Shown piece by piece: positions 10,570-19,856 of a stretch of DNA of 64,000 bases. Origin of the DNA: Candidatus Latescibacterota bacterium (GTDB taxonomy: Bacteria; Latescibacterota; UBA2968; GCA-2709665); NCBI GenBank assembly GCA_965226795.1, contig CBDDDZ010000005.1, positions 1,792,001 through 1,856,000 of the forward strand. The letters run 5' to 3'. Both the position numbers and the translations under genes were made by a program. The notes beneath the pieces were generated by a model. The model did no database searches. It was not told the origin of the DNA and saw nothing but the letters and a program-made list of their open reading frames with translations. Position 1 is the first letter of the stretch; each line of letters starts with the position of its first letter.

Positions 10570-12420
10570 ATGAATACCACCGCACACGGCTCGGCGCCGG
10601 CCTCGCTCGACGGGGAATTGATCCCGCAGGCACCCCTGGACGATATCGATCTGGATAGCCTCGTCTACCACCGGCTCTGCCGGGTCGACGAATTCAAGGA
10701 GGGCGAAGGCAAACCCTTTACCATCAATGGCTCCCACATCGCCGTCTTCCTTTACAACGGCGAGTTTCAGGCCGTGGACAACCGCTGTCCTCATATGGGT
10801 TATCCCATGTCCAAGGGTAGCGTCCGAGACGGCGTGCTGATCTGCCACTGGCATCACTGGGAATTCGATCTCAAGACCGGAGGCTGTTTCGAAACGTCGG
10901 GTTCGGGAAACGATCTCAAGAGCTTTCCTGTGGAAGTGAGAGAAAACGCTTTCCTCTACATCGGCATGGCAGCCGATGAACGGCAAGCTGCCCGCCAGAG
11001 AATGATCGACCGTGGCAGGTATATCCTCGAACAGGGATTGAAGGATCGAAGTTCACTCATTATTGCCAAGGGCGTAACCGCGCTGCGTCACGCGGGCGCG
11101 TCGCCGCAGGAAATCATCCAGCAGGGCCTATTCTACGGGTCGTACAAAACCACCGAAGGCTACTCCTCAGGTCTCGCCATCCTGACGCTGTGCGCGAACC
11201 TCTGGCACGACATCGCCGACCGTGACCACAATCTATTCCTCGTTCATGGCCTCGTACAAATCTCCCGGCGCACCACCGGAGGGTCCCGCCGACAGGGTTT
11301 TCCATTGCCCAAAGCAACAGACGAACCGGACCTGATAACCTACAAGCGCTGGTTCAGGCGTCTCGTGGAACAGCGGAACAGCAATGCGGCCCAGCGTATT
11401 CTTATCACCTTGAACGACCGCGGGTTTGACAAGGAGGCCATTGCAGACGCGGTCCTTACTGCTGCAACCGACTACTACTTCACGGGGGACGGCCATGCGC
11501 TGGACTTTGCCAACAAGCTTTTTGAAGCCCTGGATTATGTAGACTGGCAGGGCGCCGGCGAGATTCTGCGCCCCATCGTCATCGACCTCATTACCCGCAC
11601 CCGTCACGAGGAAACAGCCCGCTGGCAGGACAGCGTGCCGATCCTGGAAGACGTTTTCTCGCGTCTGGATGACATCTGGCGGAAAAACCAGGAAAACGAA
11701 GCCATCCTGGACACTTCGGTATTCGCTCAGGTACTATTGGGCGAAGAGGTCGCGCCCATTGTCTCAGAAATCGAAGCCCATCTTCGGCAGGGGGTCGACC
11801 CCGCGCAGATTTGCCGATCCATGGTCTTTGCCAGTGCCATCCGAACCGCCCGCTTCCACTTGAAAAACGAAGGCGACTGGCACGACGTGGCCAATATCTA
11901 CTCCTACGCGCACGCCCTCTACCGCGCGTTCCAACGCGCTCCTTCCGGGAACCTGCTTCGCGGCATATTCCATGGCGCTGTATTTCTCACCTACTTGCGG
12001 TGGCTCAACATGCCTGCGGCCCGTGTGCCGAAACCCGGCCAGCGTCTGAACGGCGCCTTCGACTCGGAGGCACAGATGCTCGCCCGCCTTCAGGAATTCG
12101 CCGATTTCCAGAAAGTCTACGAAGCAGAATTACTCGTGAACCAGTACCTGGAAGAAGGCCGCGACATTACACGCCTGAAACACACCCTCGCCCACATCAT
12201 GCTTCGTGAAGACGCCGAACTCCATATGTTCCAGGTCCTGGAAGCGGCATTTCGCCACTTTGACATCACGAACGACCCGGAAGAAAAACGCATGCATCTG
12301 CTGGCGGCCACCCGTTACATTACGGCCCAAAAGGTCATGAAAGCCATTCTCTGGTCGACCGAAAACGCGGAACGGCTCCAGCGCGGCGATATGTTGAGCG
12401 AACGGGAAGACGATAATTAG
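10570..12420 (+). CDS. Rieske [2Fe-2S] domain fused to a long helical His-containing region of unknown function
   Basis: Rieske motifs DNRCPHMG and ICHWHHWEFD; CAGGAG RBS upstream. Confidence 0.85.
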   Translation: MNTTAHGSAPASLDGELIPQAPLDDIDLDSLVYHRLCRVDEFKEGEGKPFTINGSHIAVFLYNGEFQAVDNRCPHMGYPMSKGSVRDGVLICHWHHWEFDLKTGGCFETSGSGNDLKSFPVEVRENAFLYIGMAADERQAARQRMIDRGRYILEQGLKDRSSLIIAKGVTALRHAGASPQEIIQQGLFYGSYKTTEGYSSGLAILTLCANLWHDIADRDHNLFLVHGLVQISRRTTGGSRRQGFPLPKATDEPDLITYKRWFRRLVEQRNSNAAQRILITLNDRGFDKEAIADAVLTAATDYYFTGDGHALDFANKLFEALDYVDWQGAGEILRPIVIDLITRTRHEETARWQDSVPILEDVFSRLDDIWRKNQENEAILDTSVFAQVLLGEEVAPIVSEIEAHLRQGVDPAQICRSMVFASAIRTARFHLKNEGDWHDVANIYSYAHALYRAFQRAPSGNLLRGIFHGAVFLTYLRWLNMPAARVPKPGQRLNGAFDSEAQMLARLQEFADFQKVYEAELLVNQYLEEGRDITRLKHTLAHIMLREDAELHMFQVLEAAFRHFDITNDPEEKRMHLLAATRYITAQKVMKAILWSTENAERLQRGDMLSEREDDN

Positions 12421-12582
12421 GGCCCGGATAACGGAAGCCGCGGGGTCAGAGCCCGAAATTTGTCGGTCCGGAACGGCCTCAACGGGGATGTCCGGCCACG
12501 GAAGTATTCGGCAGCAGATTCCTGATTCACGCCACGTGCGGACTCCAGCACGGGTGTTCGTGTGGAAAGAAATCGTTACTCT

Positions 12583-15500
12583 ATGAAAATCTCCGAATAC
12601 GCCATACATAAGCCCATCACCACGGTGATGGTTACCATCAGCGTCGTGGTCCTCGGCATCATTTCCCTCTTTCGCCTGCCCCTCGAGTACCTGCCGAACA
12701 TTACGTTCCCCGTTATGTACGTCAATGTCGACTACCCTTCTTCTTCGCCCGAGGAAATCGAGAGAGAGATTGTCAGGCCCCTGGAAGAGGTGATGGGTAC
12801 ACTCTCCCATGTGAAGACACTGAGCTCACGGTCTTACGCCAACCGGGGCTACGTGCGGTTGGAATTCGAACTCAATACGGATATGGACCTCATGGCCGTA
12901 CATGTACGCGATCGTCTCGATCAGGTACGAAACGACCTTCCGGACGACGTCGAGCGCATTTCAATACGCCGCTGGAACACCGAAGATTTTCCGGTGTTGA
13001 CTTACGCGCTGAGCTGGCAGGGGAGAGATCAGTCCGAACTTGCGAGCGTGTTCGAATACACCATTCTTCCGCGCCTGCAGCGGCTGGAAGGCGTTGGCAG
13101 CGTGGTGGCACAGGGTCTGCGAGAGAAAGATCTGCTCATTGAAGTCGATCAGAACCTGCTGCATACACACAATCTGGATATCCGCGCGCTCAACAGGGCG
13201 ATCAACTCCAACAACGTCAATATTTCTGCAGGCTACGTCAACGAAGCCGAGAAACGCCTTGCCGCACGCACAATTGGCGAGTTTGAGAATGTCGACCAGA
13301 TCAGACATCTTCCCCTGCCTAACGGTGTCGAAGTGGGTGATGTCGCGGACGTCAGTTACGACTTCCCGGAAGAGAAGAATTTCGAACGCCTCGACGGCCG
13401 GGACGCGGTCACGATCGACATTCGCAAATCCTCCTCGGCCAACCTGGTGGCTACTGCAAACCGGGTCAAGGCCGAATTCGAGCGCATCCGGAGCGACATC
13501 GGCGGCGGCAAGCTCCGGACGCAGGCCATACGCGACCGCTCCCTGGATGTTACGACGGGCATTCGCAACCTCACCCAGTCGGCCATAGTGGGCGGTTTCC
13601 TGGCCATCAGCGTCATCTTTGTTTTCTTGCGGAACTTCCGGAGCACGCTCATTATCGGCTCCGCAATCCCGATTTCGGCCATCACCGTTTTTATGGTGAT
13701 GTACGTCCTCCGGCAGGTCTTCGGATCCAACATCACGCTCAATCTGATGTCCATGATGGGCCTGATGGTCGCCATCGGTATGCTCGTCGACCCCGCTGTC
13801 GTCGCGCTGGAAAACATCTTCAGGAAAAGGTACGACGAGGGACAGACGCCCTTGAACGCGGCTCTGGATGGAAGCCGGGAAATCGGGATTCCGGTTCTCG
13901 CCGCCTCGCTGACAACGGTTTGTGTTTTTGTGCCTATTATCTTTGTGGCCGACTCCCGTAGCGCCCTGTTCATGCGGGATTTCGCCCTCACGGTGTGCAT
14001 TTCCGTGGGCGCCTCCCTCTGCGTGGCGCTTTCTCTGATCCCTCTGGCGGCATCCAGGGCATTCAACAACAGCGCCTCGTATCTCGACCGCTGGCTCAAG
14101 GTCGCGCTGGCACTCCTGGTACTGGGCCTTGGCGGCTACGCGGTCTACGTCGAAGGTCTGCGAGAATCCGCCTCGTGGCTCTGGGAAAATGCGAACAGTC
14201 TGCTGGTGGGCCTTTCGACATTACCCGCCGTGGCGTGGCTGTTGCTGGTTTTGCTGCTGGCAGGTGTCGGAAGTCTGTTGTATTTGTCCCGAAAGACCGG
14301 CGGTATCAAGTATCTCTACTCCCGCCTGGTTGTCACCACGCTTCGCTACAGGTGGACCACCGTCTCAACCGCCTGCGTGCTTCTCGGCGCCGGGTATTAC
14401 TTTTTCACGCAGATTGAACAACAGCCCTATCGCTGGCAGCCAACGCGTCGGGTTGATATCTCCGTTGAGTTGCCGCGAAGCTACGACATCCGGGATGCGC
14501 TTGCTTTGTTCGAAAGGCTCGAAGGCATCCTGCTGCCGCAAAAAGAGAAACTGGACATCGCGGCCATGAGCAGCCGGTTCAGCGACCGGCGGAGCAATCG
14601 CATTACCCTCTACCTGGTTCCGCCCGACGAAGGCAGGCATTCCACCGACGAAGTGACGCGCAGAGTCAAAGCCATACTGCCGAAGGACATCCCCGGCGTA
14701 CGGTTCAAATCCGGCAGAACCTGGGGTAGCAGTTCCACCGGAGCCGGCGTCGAAATCAAGGGTCGAAACCCGGATGTACTCGCCATGCTGGCGGAGGACA
14801 TCCGTCTGCGACTGCAGGGCATCAGCGGGGTGCACGAAGTCGAAACCAGCCTGGAATCCGGCAACGAGGAGATCCGGGTCACTATCAACCGGCACCGCGC
14901 CAGGCGCTATGGGCTTACACCCTGGGAAATTGCCACCACCGTTGCCAGTGCGCTGGGAACCCGGGGCAATAGTAAGTTCAAGACCGAGAACGGGGAAATC
15001 GACATCGCAGTTCAACTCAAGGAAGAGGACCGAGCCACCCTGGAGCAACTCAGAAACACGTATTTTGAGAGCGACACGGGAAATATGGTCTCATTCGCCA
15101 GCCTGGCGGACTTTCGTGTCCGCAAGGGTCCTCAGGCGCTCGAACGCGAGAACCGGATGTCCACGCTGACCGTATTCGCCAATACGGAACAACAGGCCGT
15201 CTTCTCCGTCGGCCGCGAAATGAGCAGCCGGATGCGCGCGATACCGCTACCGGCCGGTTATTCGTGGCAGATGGACCGCCGCTTTCGCTGGATGAACCAG
15301 GAACAGGGAGAAACCAACCTTACCATGATCTTTGCGGCGCTTCTGGTCTATATGATCATGGCTGCCCTGTTCGAGTCCTACGCGCACCCGTTTACAATTA
15401 TGTTTTCCATTTGTTTCGCCTTCATCGGGGTCTCGTTCGGTCTATATGCCTTTAATATCCCCTTGGACAGCAACGCAACCTATGGTCTGCTCATCCTTTT

Positions 15501-15849
15501 CGGCATCGTTGTGAATAACGGCATCGTTCTGGTCGACCATATCAACCGCTATCGGAAACAGGGCCTCTACCGTCGTGACGCCATCATCCGGGGCGGGCAG
15601 GACCGATTGCGTCCTATTCTAATGACCGCGTCCACCACCATCCTGGGCCTCGCTCCCCTGGTTTTACCGATGATCTACGGCACGGCAGAAGGAACCGCGC
15701 GTCGGTGGGGCCCGATCGGTTTTGTGGTTATCTCGGGGCTGATGGTCTCGACGATTCTCACGCTGGTCATCCTGCCGACCGTTTACTCGCTCATAGACGA
15801 TCTGGCGACTTACATGAAGCGGACGGTCGCTACCGTGAGAGGCGTGTGA
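12583..15849 (+). CDS. RND efflux transporter permease (AcrB/AcrD/AcrF family)
   Basis: AIHKPITT..LPLEYLP, SSPEEIE..IVRPLEE, FLRNFRSTLII, FESYAHPFTI, GIVVNNGIVLVD and RLRPILMT. Confidence 0.95.
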   Translation: MKISEYAIHKPITTVMVTISVVVLGIISLFRLPLEYLPNITFPVMYVNVDYPSSSPEEIEREIVRPLEEVMGTLSHVKTLSSRSYANRGYVRLEFELNTDMDLMAVHVRDRLDQVRNDLPDDVERISIRRWNTEDFPVLTYALSWQGRDQSELASVFEYTILPRLQRLEGVGSVVAQGLREKDLLIEVDQNLLHTHNLDIRALNRAINSNNVNISAGYVNEAEKRLAARTIGEFENVDQIRHLPLPNGVEVGDVADVSYDFPEEKNFERLDGRDAVTIDIRKSSSANLVATANRVKAEFERIRSDIGGGKLRTQAIRDRSLDVTTGIRNLTQSAIVGGFLAISVIFVFLRNFRSTLIIGSAIPISAITVFMVMYVLRQVFGSNITLNLMSMMGLMVAIGMLVDPAVVALENIFRKRYDEGQTPLNAALDGSREIGIPVLAASLTTVCVFVPIIFVADSRSALFMRDFALTVCISVGASLCVALSLIPLAASRAFNNSASYLDRWLKVALALLVLGLGGYAVYVEGLRESASWLWENANSLLVGLSTLPAVAWLLLVLLLAGVGSLLYLSRKTGGIKYLYSRLVVTTLRYRWTTVSTACVLLGAGYYFFTQIEQQPYRWQPTRRVDISVELPRSYDIRDALALFERLEGILLPQKEKLDIAAMSSRFSDRRSNRITLYLVPPDEGRHSTDEVTRRVKAILPKDIPGVRFKSGRTWGSSSTGAGVEIKGRNPDVLAMLAEDIRLRLQGISGVHEVETSLESGNEEIRVTINRHRARRYGLTPWEIATTVASALGTRGNSKFKTENGEIDIAVQLKEEDRATLEQLRNTYFESDTGNMVSFASLADFRVRKGPQALERENRMSTLTVFANTEQQAVFSVGREMSSRMRAIPLPAGYSWQMDRRFRWMNQEQGETNLTMIFAALLVYMIMAALFESYAHPFTIMFSICFAFIGVSFGLYAFNIPLDSNATYGLLILFGIVVNNGIVLVDHINRYRKQGLYRRDAIIRGGQDRLRPILMTASTTILGLAPLVLPMIYGTAEGTARRWGPIGFVVISGLMVSTILTLVILPTVYSLIDDLATYMKRTVATVRGV

Positions 15850-16520
15850 AACAGCTTGCCGTTGTCCTGCTCAGTGGCGGGTTGGACAGCTGCGTTACCA
15901 CCGCTGTCGCCCGCCAGAATTGCGACCTTGCTCTTTTTTATCTCGACTACGGCCACCGCACGTGCGCCCGTGAACACCGTGCGTTTGGGGATATCGCCGA
16001 CTATTACCATGTACCAGAACGCCGTCGCCTGACCGCCCGAACGGACGCACTCGAACAAATCGGCGGCTCGGCGCTGACGGATCGCAACGTTCCCGTTCCC
16101 GACGCCAAAATCGACCGAAACGACACCCCGGTTACGTATGTGCCCTTCCGAAATGCCCTTTTCCTCAGCATGGGCGTTTCGTGGGCCGAATCCGTTGGCG
16201 CCACGCGTGTGTATCTGGGCGCGGTCGAAGAAGACAGTTCAGGATATCCCGATTGTACGCGAGCGTTTTGTGACGCGTTCGCCCGGGCGGTTGATTACGG
16301 TACTCTCCCGGAATCCCACATCAGAATCCTCGTTCCTGTTATCCACCTCAGAAAGCACCAGATCGTCCGACTGGGTGTGGAACTGGGCGCCCCGCTTCAC
16401 CTAACCTGGTCGTGCTATAGAAACAGCGACCGCGCCTGCGGTCGCTGCGATAGCTGCATCCTCCGTCTGGAGGCTTTCAGGACGGCCGGTATCCCCGACA
16501 CCATCCCCTCCCACTACTGA
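15846..16520 (+). CDS. queC: 7-cyano-7-deazaguanine synthase
   Basis: SGGLDS, TYVPFRNA, YPDC and TWSCY..CGRCDSC. The GTG start overlaps the RND stop (GTGA). Confidence 0.95.
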   Translation: MKQLAVVLLSGGLDSCVTTAVARQNCDLALFYLDYGHRTCAREHRAFGDIADYYHVPERRRLTARTDALEQIGGSALTDRNVPVPDAKIDRNDTPVTYVPFRNALFLSMGVSWAESVGATRVYLGAVEEDSSGYPDCTRAFCDAFARAVDYGTLPESHIRILVPVIHLRKHQIVRLGVELGAPLHLTWSCYRNSDRACGRCDSCILRLEAFRTAGIPDTIPSHY

Positions 16521-16550
16521 GAATGTCAGGCGTCCAACACGGTCAGTGCG

Positions 16551-17699
16551 TTACTGATCCGGATCAATCTCCTTATAAAACCGCTTCTCGCCGTCCCTGA
16601 TGGTCATGATTACCGCGCTTTTGGTTGGATGACGGTTTTCGTTGTAACGTGCGATACGCGTTGCACCCGAATAGTCTCGGGTTGCCGCCAACTGGTCTCG
16701 TATCGCCTCGGCATCGAATCTCCCCGCTCGGTCCACCGCATCCAGAAACAGCTTGACCGCGTCGTAGCTCACCGCGTCTCCACCCCCGGGCGCGGTCCCG
16801 TAGTCGGCTTCGTACGCCTCAATAAACGCCCGCGCGCCGGGTTCGTCCGTGTGGGATGAAAAGTGACCGCTGAAGTAGCTTCCTTCCACATCGTCGTCGG
16901 CACGGGCCAGCAGGGCCGGATTGTCCCACACGTCGGCCCCGAGAAAGACCACTGGCTCTCCGGATGCGGTTTGCAGCGAAATTTCCCTCGCCTGCCTAGC
17001 CACGAGGGACACGTCTGGTGCTTGCCCTGAAATAAAGAAGGCTTCTGGTCTGGCCGCGGCGATGCGGGCGAGTTGCCCCGTGAACACCGTTTCGCCGCTT
17101 TCGTAGAACTCATTCACGACAACCGTACCGCCGATTCCGGTGAAACGGGAAACGAAGAACGCCGAAATGCCCTCGGTATAGACATCGTCCTTCAAGGTCA
17201 GGACCGCCACCGAGGTCAGACCCAGATCCTCCCTGGCGAAACGGGCGAGGACAAGACCCTGGAACCGATCCGTAAATGCAGCCATAAATACGAAATCACC
17301 GGCGCCTGTAACGTCCGGATTGGTGGCGGCCGTTGTGATCATGGGCAGGCGCTCGCGTTGCGCGACCGCACCCACCTCCACCGCATGGGTCGAGCGATTG
17401 GGACCAATGAGCGCGATGACCTTGTGGGTGCAAATCATCAGTTCGGCCGTCTGGACGGCCACGGCCGCGTCGACGATGTCAAGCCCAACAACCAGTTCAA
17501 CGGATCTGCCGAGCAACCCGCCGGCGAGATTGATTTCGTTTATCGCGACCCTGGCCGCATCCGCATAGGAAGCACGGTCTGGCGATCCAAGGAACCCGAT
17601 CCTCACGGTATCCTGCGGCCCCGGATCCTGTGTCTTGCCACAGCCCGGGGTAAGCATCAGTGAAAACAAACACGCAAAACAAACGAGTCTCACGACCAT
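16551..17699 (-). CDS. Branched-chain amino acid ABC-type periplasmic binding lipoprotein (LivJ/K-like), standalone
   Basis: Lipobox-like TPGC, EINLAGGLLGR, ATNPDVT and YDAVKL; no permease genes adjacent. Confidence 0.85.
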   Translation of the reverse strand: MVVRLVCFACLFSLMLTPGCGKTQDPGPQDTVRIGFLGSPDRASYADAARVAINEINLAGGLLGRSVELVVGLDIVDAAVAVQTAELMICTHKVIALIGPNRSTHAVEVGAVAQRERLPMITTAATNPDVTGAGDFVFMAAFTDRFQGLVLARFAREDLGLTSVAVLTLKDDVYTEGISAFFVSRFTGIGGTVVVNEFYESGETVFTGQLARIAAARPEAFFISGQAPDVSLVARQAREISLQTASGEPVVFLGADVWDNPALLARADDDVEGSYFSGHFSSHTDEPGARAFIEAYEADYGTAPGGGDAVSYDAVKLFLDAVDRAGRFDAEAIRDQLAATRDYSGATRIARYNENRHPTKSAVIMTIRDGEKRFYKEIDPDQ

Positions 17700-18161
17700 A
17701 TCCTGATCCAATACCCTTGATCCGACCACAACGGAGAAAAAAACACCTTCCCGTTCAGTGCCAACTCGAAAGGCGCACAATCCGGAAAAACACGTTTGGC
17801 AAACCCACGCGTTTCACCGGCCTGAAGAATATGGCCCGGAAGGACTTGTCATTCCAGCCTTTCTTAATGAAATCAGTAGATCACGAATGGTCCGTAGACC
17901 GACGGCCGTGCCGGGACCGGCACGCGCGGTAAAACGAAACCTCCGTGTCAAGCTTCAGACATGCCGGCTAACGTCGACGTACCCCGACTCATGTCCTTCC
18001 CCGGGAATATTTCAGCATTCCAGCCGGTTCATCCCGCCCGGGTGCGTTGCCTGCGCTGCCTGCGTTGCTCGCGCTGAGCTTTTCGAAGTGAACTTGCCGA
18101 AACGAGCCTCTCGAAACGACTCGCCGGCCGAATCTCGACAATCTATTTCTGGGACAGAACG

Positions 18162-19538
18162 TTAGTGGACCGCCGCAAGCGCTTCGTCCATCATCGACTG
18201 TCGTTCACGCGAATCCTTCCAGCGCTTTTGAATATCGGGCGCCAGGCAGTCGATGGGATCGAAATAGAAAAAAAGCTCTCCCGGCCGCACAGTGGGACTT
18301 GCGAATACCGCAATGCCCGTTTCTTCGTTGTAATGTTCGTAGGAATGCCCGTCTCGCTTTCCGCCCCCGCCCAACGTGTCCACAATAAAGGTTGGCGTGT
18401 TGAACCCGGCCGTCGCACCGCGCAGGTTCTTTTCGATTTCAAGACCGGCGCGCAGCGTTGTCCGCAGGTCCTCCACCCCCCGTACCAGATCGTGGAAGAA
18501 TACATAATAGGGTTGTATATTCAGGTAACTCAGCCGCTTCACCAGCTGCTTCATCGTTTGCGTATCGTCGTTTACGCCGCGCTGAAGCACGGCCTGATTC
18601 CGTACCGTTACGCCCCGCTCCATCAGCAGGTCCATCGCATCCTGCGTGACTCCGGTTATTTCATCAGGATGATTGAAGTGGGTGTGCATCACCACTTCCT
18701 TGTGCATTCTCCGCCCCCGGTCCACCACACCGACCAGCGCATCCACCCAATCGACATCGCTCAGGATCTTGCCTGGCATAACCGCAGGGCCCTTGGTGGC
18801 AAACCGAAACCGCCGGATATGCGGTATATCCAGCAGGGTCTCGCCCACCTCCCGGATCTGCGCCGCCCTGAGATTGTATACGTCGCCGCCGCTGACCACC
18901 ACATCTTCAACCTCGGGGCGCGACCTCAAGTACTCGAACACCTGACCCCAGCGTCTTTTGTTAGCGCTCAGATGCACCTTTTCCACGCCATCCGTATCGA
19001 GCCCCACGGCATAGCTGCGAGTGCAGAAACGGCAGTAGACCGGACAGGTATCCAGCGTTAGGAAAAGCGCCCTGTCGGGATATCTGTGGGTAAGTCCGGG
19101 AACGGGAGAATCTCCCTGTTCGTTCAGTGAATCAAGGTAAAGCTCGGGGTGATCCGGCAATTGCTGTGAGGCCAAAGGCAAAAACTGGGTTCGCAGCGGA
19201 TCCGAGTACGGATCATCCCAGTTGATCAGGCTGAGAATATATGGCGAAATCCGTATACTCATCGGCGCCCAGCGTAACCCCTCACGCAGGTCTTCATAAA
19301 AGCCCGGCCCGACGAGTGCGCCAAGGACTTCCTGCAGGCTCTCCACGCTTGTTGGTGAATTGCGGGCTTGAAAAAGGTGGGAGTGGAATGTTTCCGCGTC
19401 CACTTTCGCATATGCCGGAATCGTCTGCCAGAACGCATCCCTGCATAACCGGCGATGTGCAAATGCAGCCTCCCGTTCAGCCTCGCCTGCCATAGCGCCG
19501 TCGTCAACATCGACGCCTGCGGTCTCCATATCTGACAC
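18162..19538 (-). CDS. KamA-family radical SAM aminomutase (lysine 2,3-aminomutase-like)
   Basis: HRYPDRALF, CPVYCRFCTR, SGGD, THFNHPDE, NQAVLQRGVND and PLP-Lys motif GGGK. Alternative ATG at 19529. Confidence 0.9.
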   Translation of the reverse strand: MSDMETAGVDVDDGAMAGEAEREAAFAHRRLCRDAFWQTIPAYAKVDAETFHSHLFQARNSPTSVESLQEVLGALVGPGFYEDLREGLRWAPMSIRISPYILSLINWDDPYSDPLRTQFLPLASQQLPDHPELYLDSLNEQGDSPVPGLTHRYPDRALFLTLDTCPVYCRFCTRSYAVGLDTDGVEKVHLSANKRRWGQVFEYLRSRPEVEDVVVSGGDVYNLRAAQIREVGETLLDIPHIRRFRFATKGPAVMPGKILSDVDWVDALVGVVDRGRRMHKEVVMHTHFNHPDEITGVTQDAMDLLMERGVTVRNQAVLQRGVNDDTQTMKQLVKRLSYLNIQPYYVFFHDLVRGVEDLRTTLRAGLEIEKNLRGATAGFNTPTFIVDTLGGGGKRDGHSYEHYNEETGIAVFASPTVRPGELFFYFDPIDCLAPDIQKRWKDSRERQSMMDEALAAVH

Positions 19539-19856
19539 TATCCCTCTCAGTTAGGTTGTTCAACTGTCACGTCCGTCTTGGCGGGCATGGCTTCTTCTGG
19601 CCGAGTCGCAATACGTTTCAGACGACTGTTGTCGTCATTTAACACGGATGCATGTTGCGCGTTGCTCCGCCAAGGAAACACCACGTGTCGAGAACCACTC
19701 AAAGCGACATATGATATCAACCTTACGAAAATTGTCAAGGGTTTTCCCGCGTCGGCTCCCGTTTCCAGGAAATTCCGCTTGTTCGAATTATTTATCCTTC
19801 TTATATTTCATAAGTTAGAGAGAGTCTCCTCCTTAACAGAGGCAAAACCGAAAACC

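Noticed and set aside
15846..16520. QueC as part of a Dpd or QatABCD defence system
   Set aside because: It is a canonical-length QueC with no dpdA, TatD or ATPase neighbours.
18043..18076. Four degenerate 9-bp tandem repeats (TGCGYTGCC)
   Set aside because: Short, low-complexity and GC-rich, with no spacers or convincing ORF.
19578..19856. N-terminal extensions given by the ORF track (also 7190, 15705, 37548, 62716, 5910, 3326)
   Set aside because: Family homology and RBS positions point to downstream starts.
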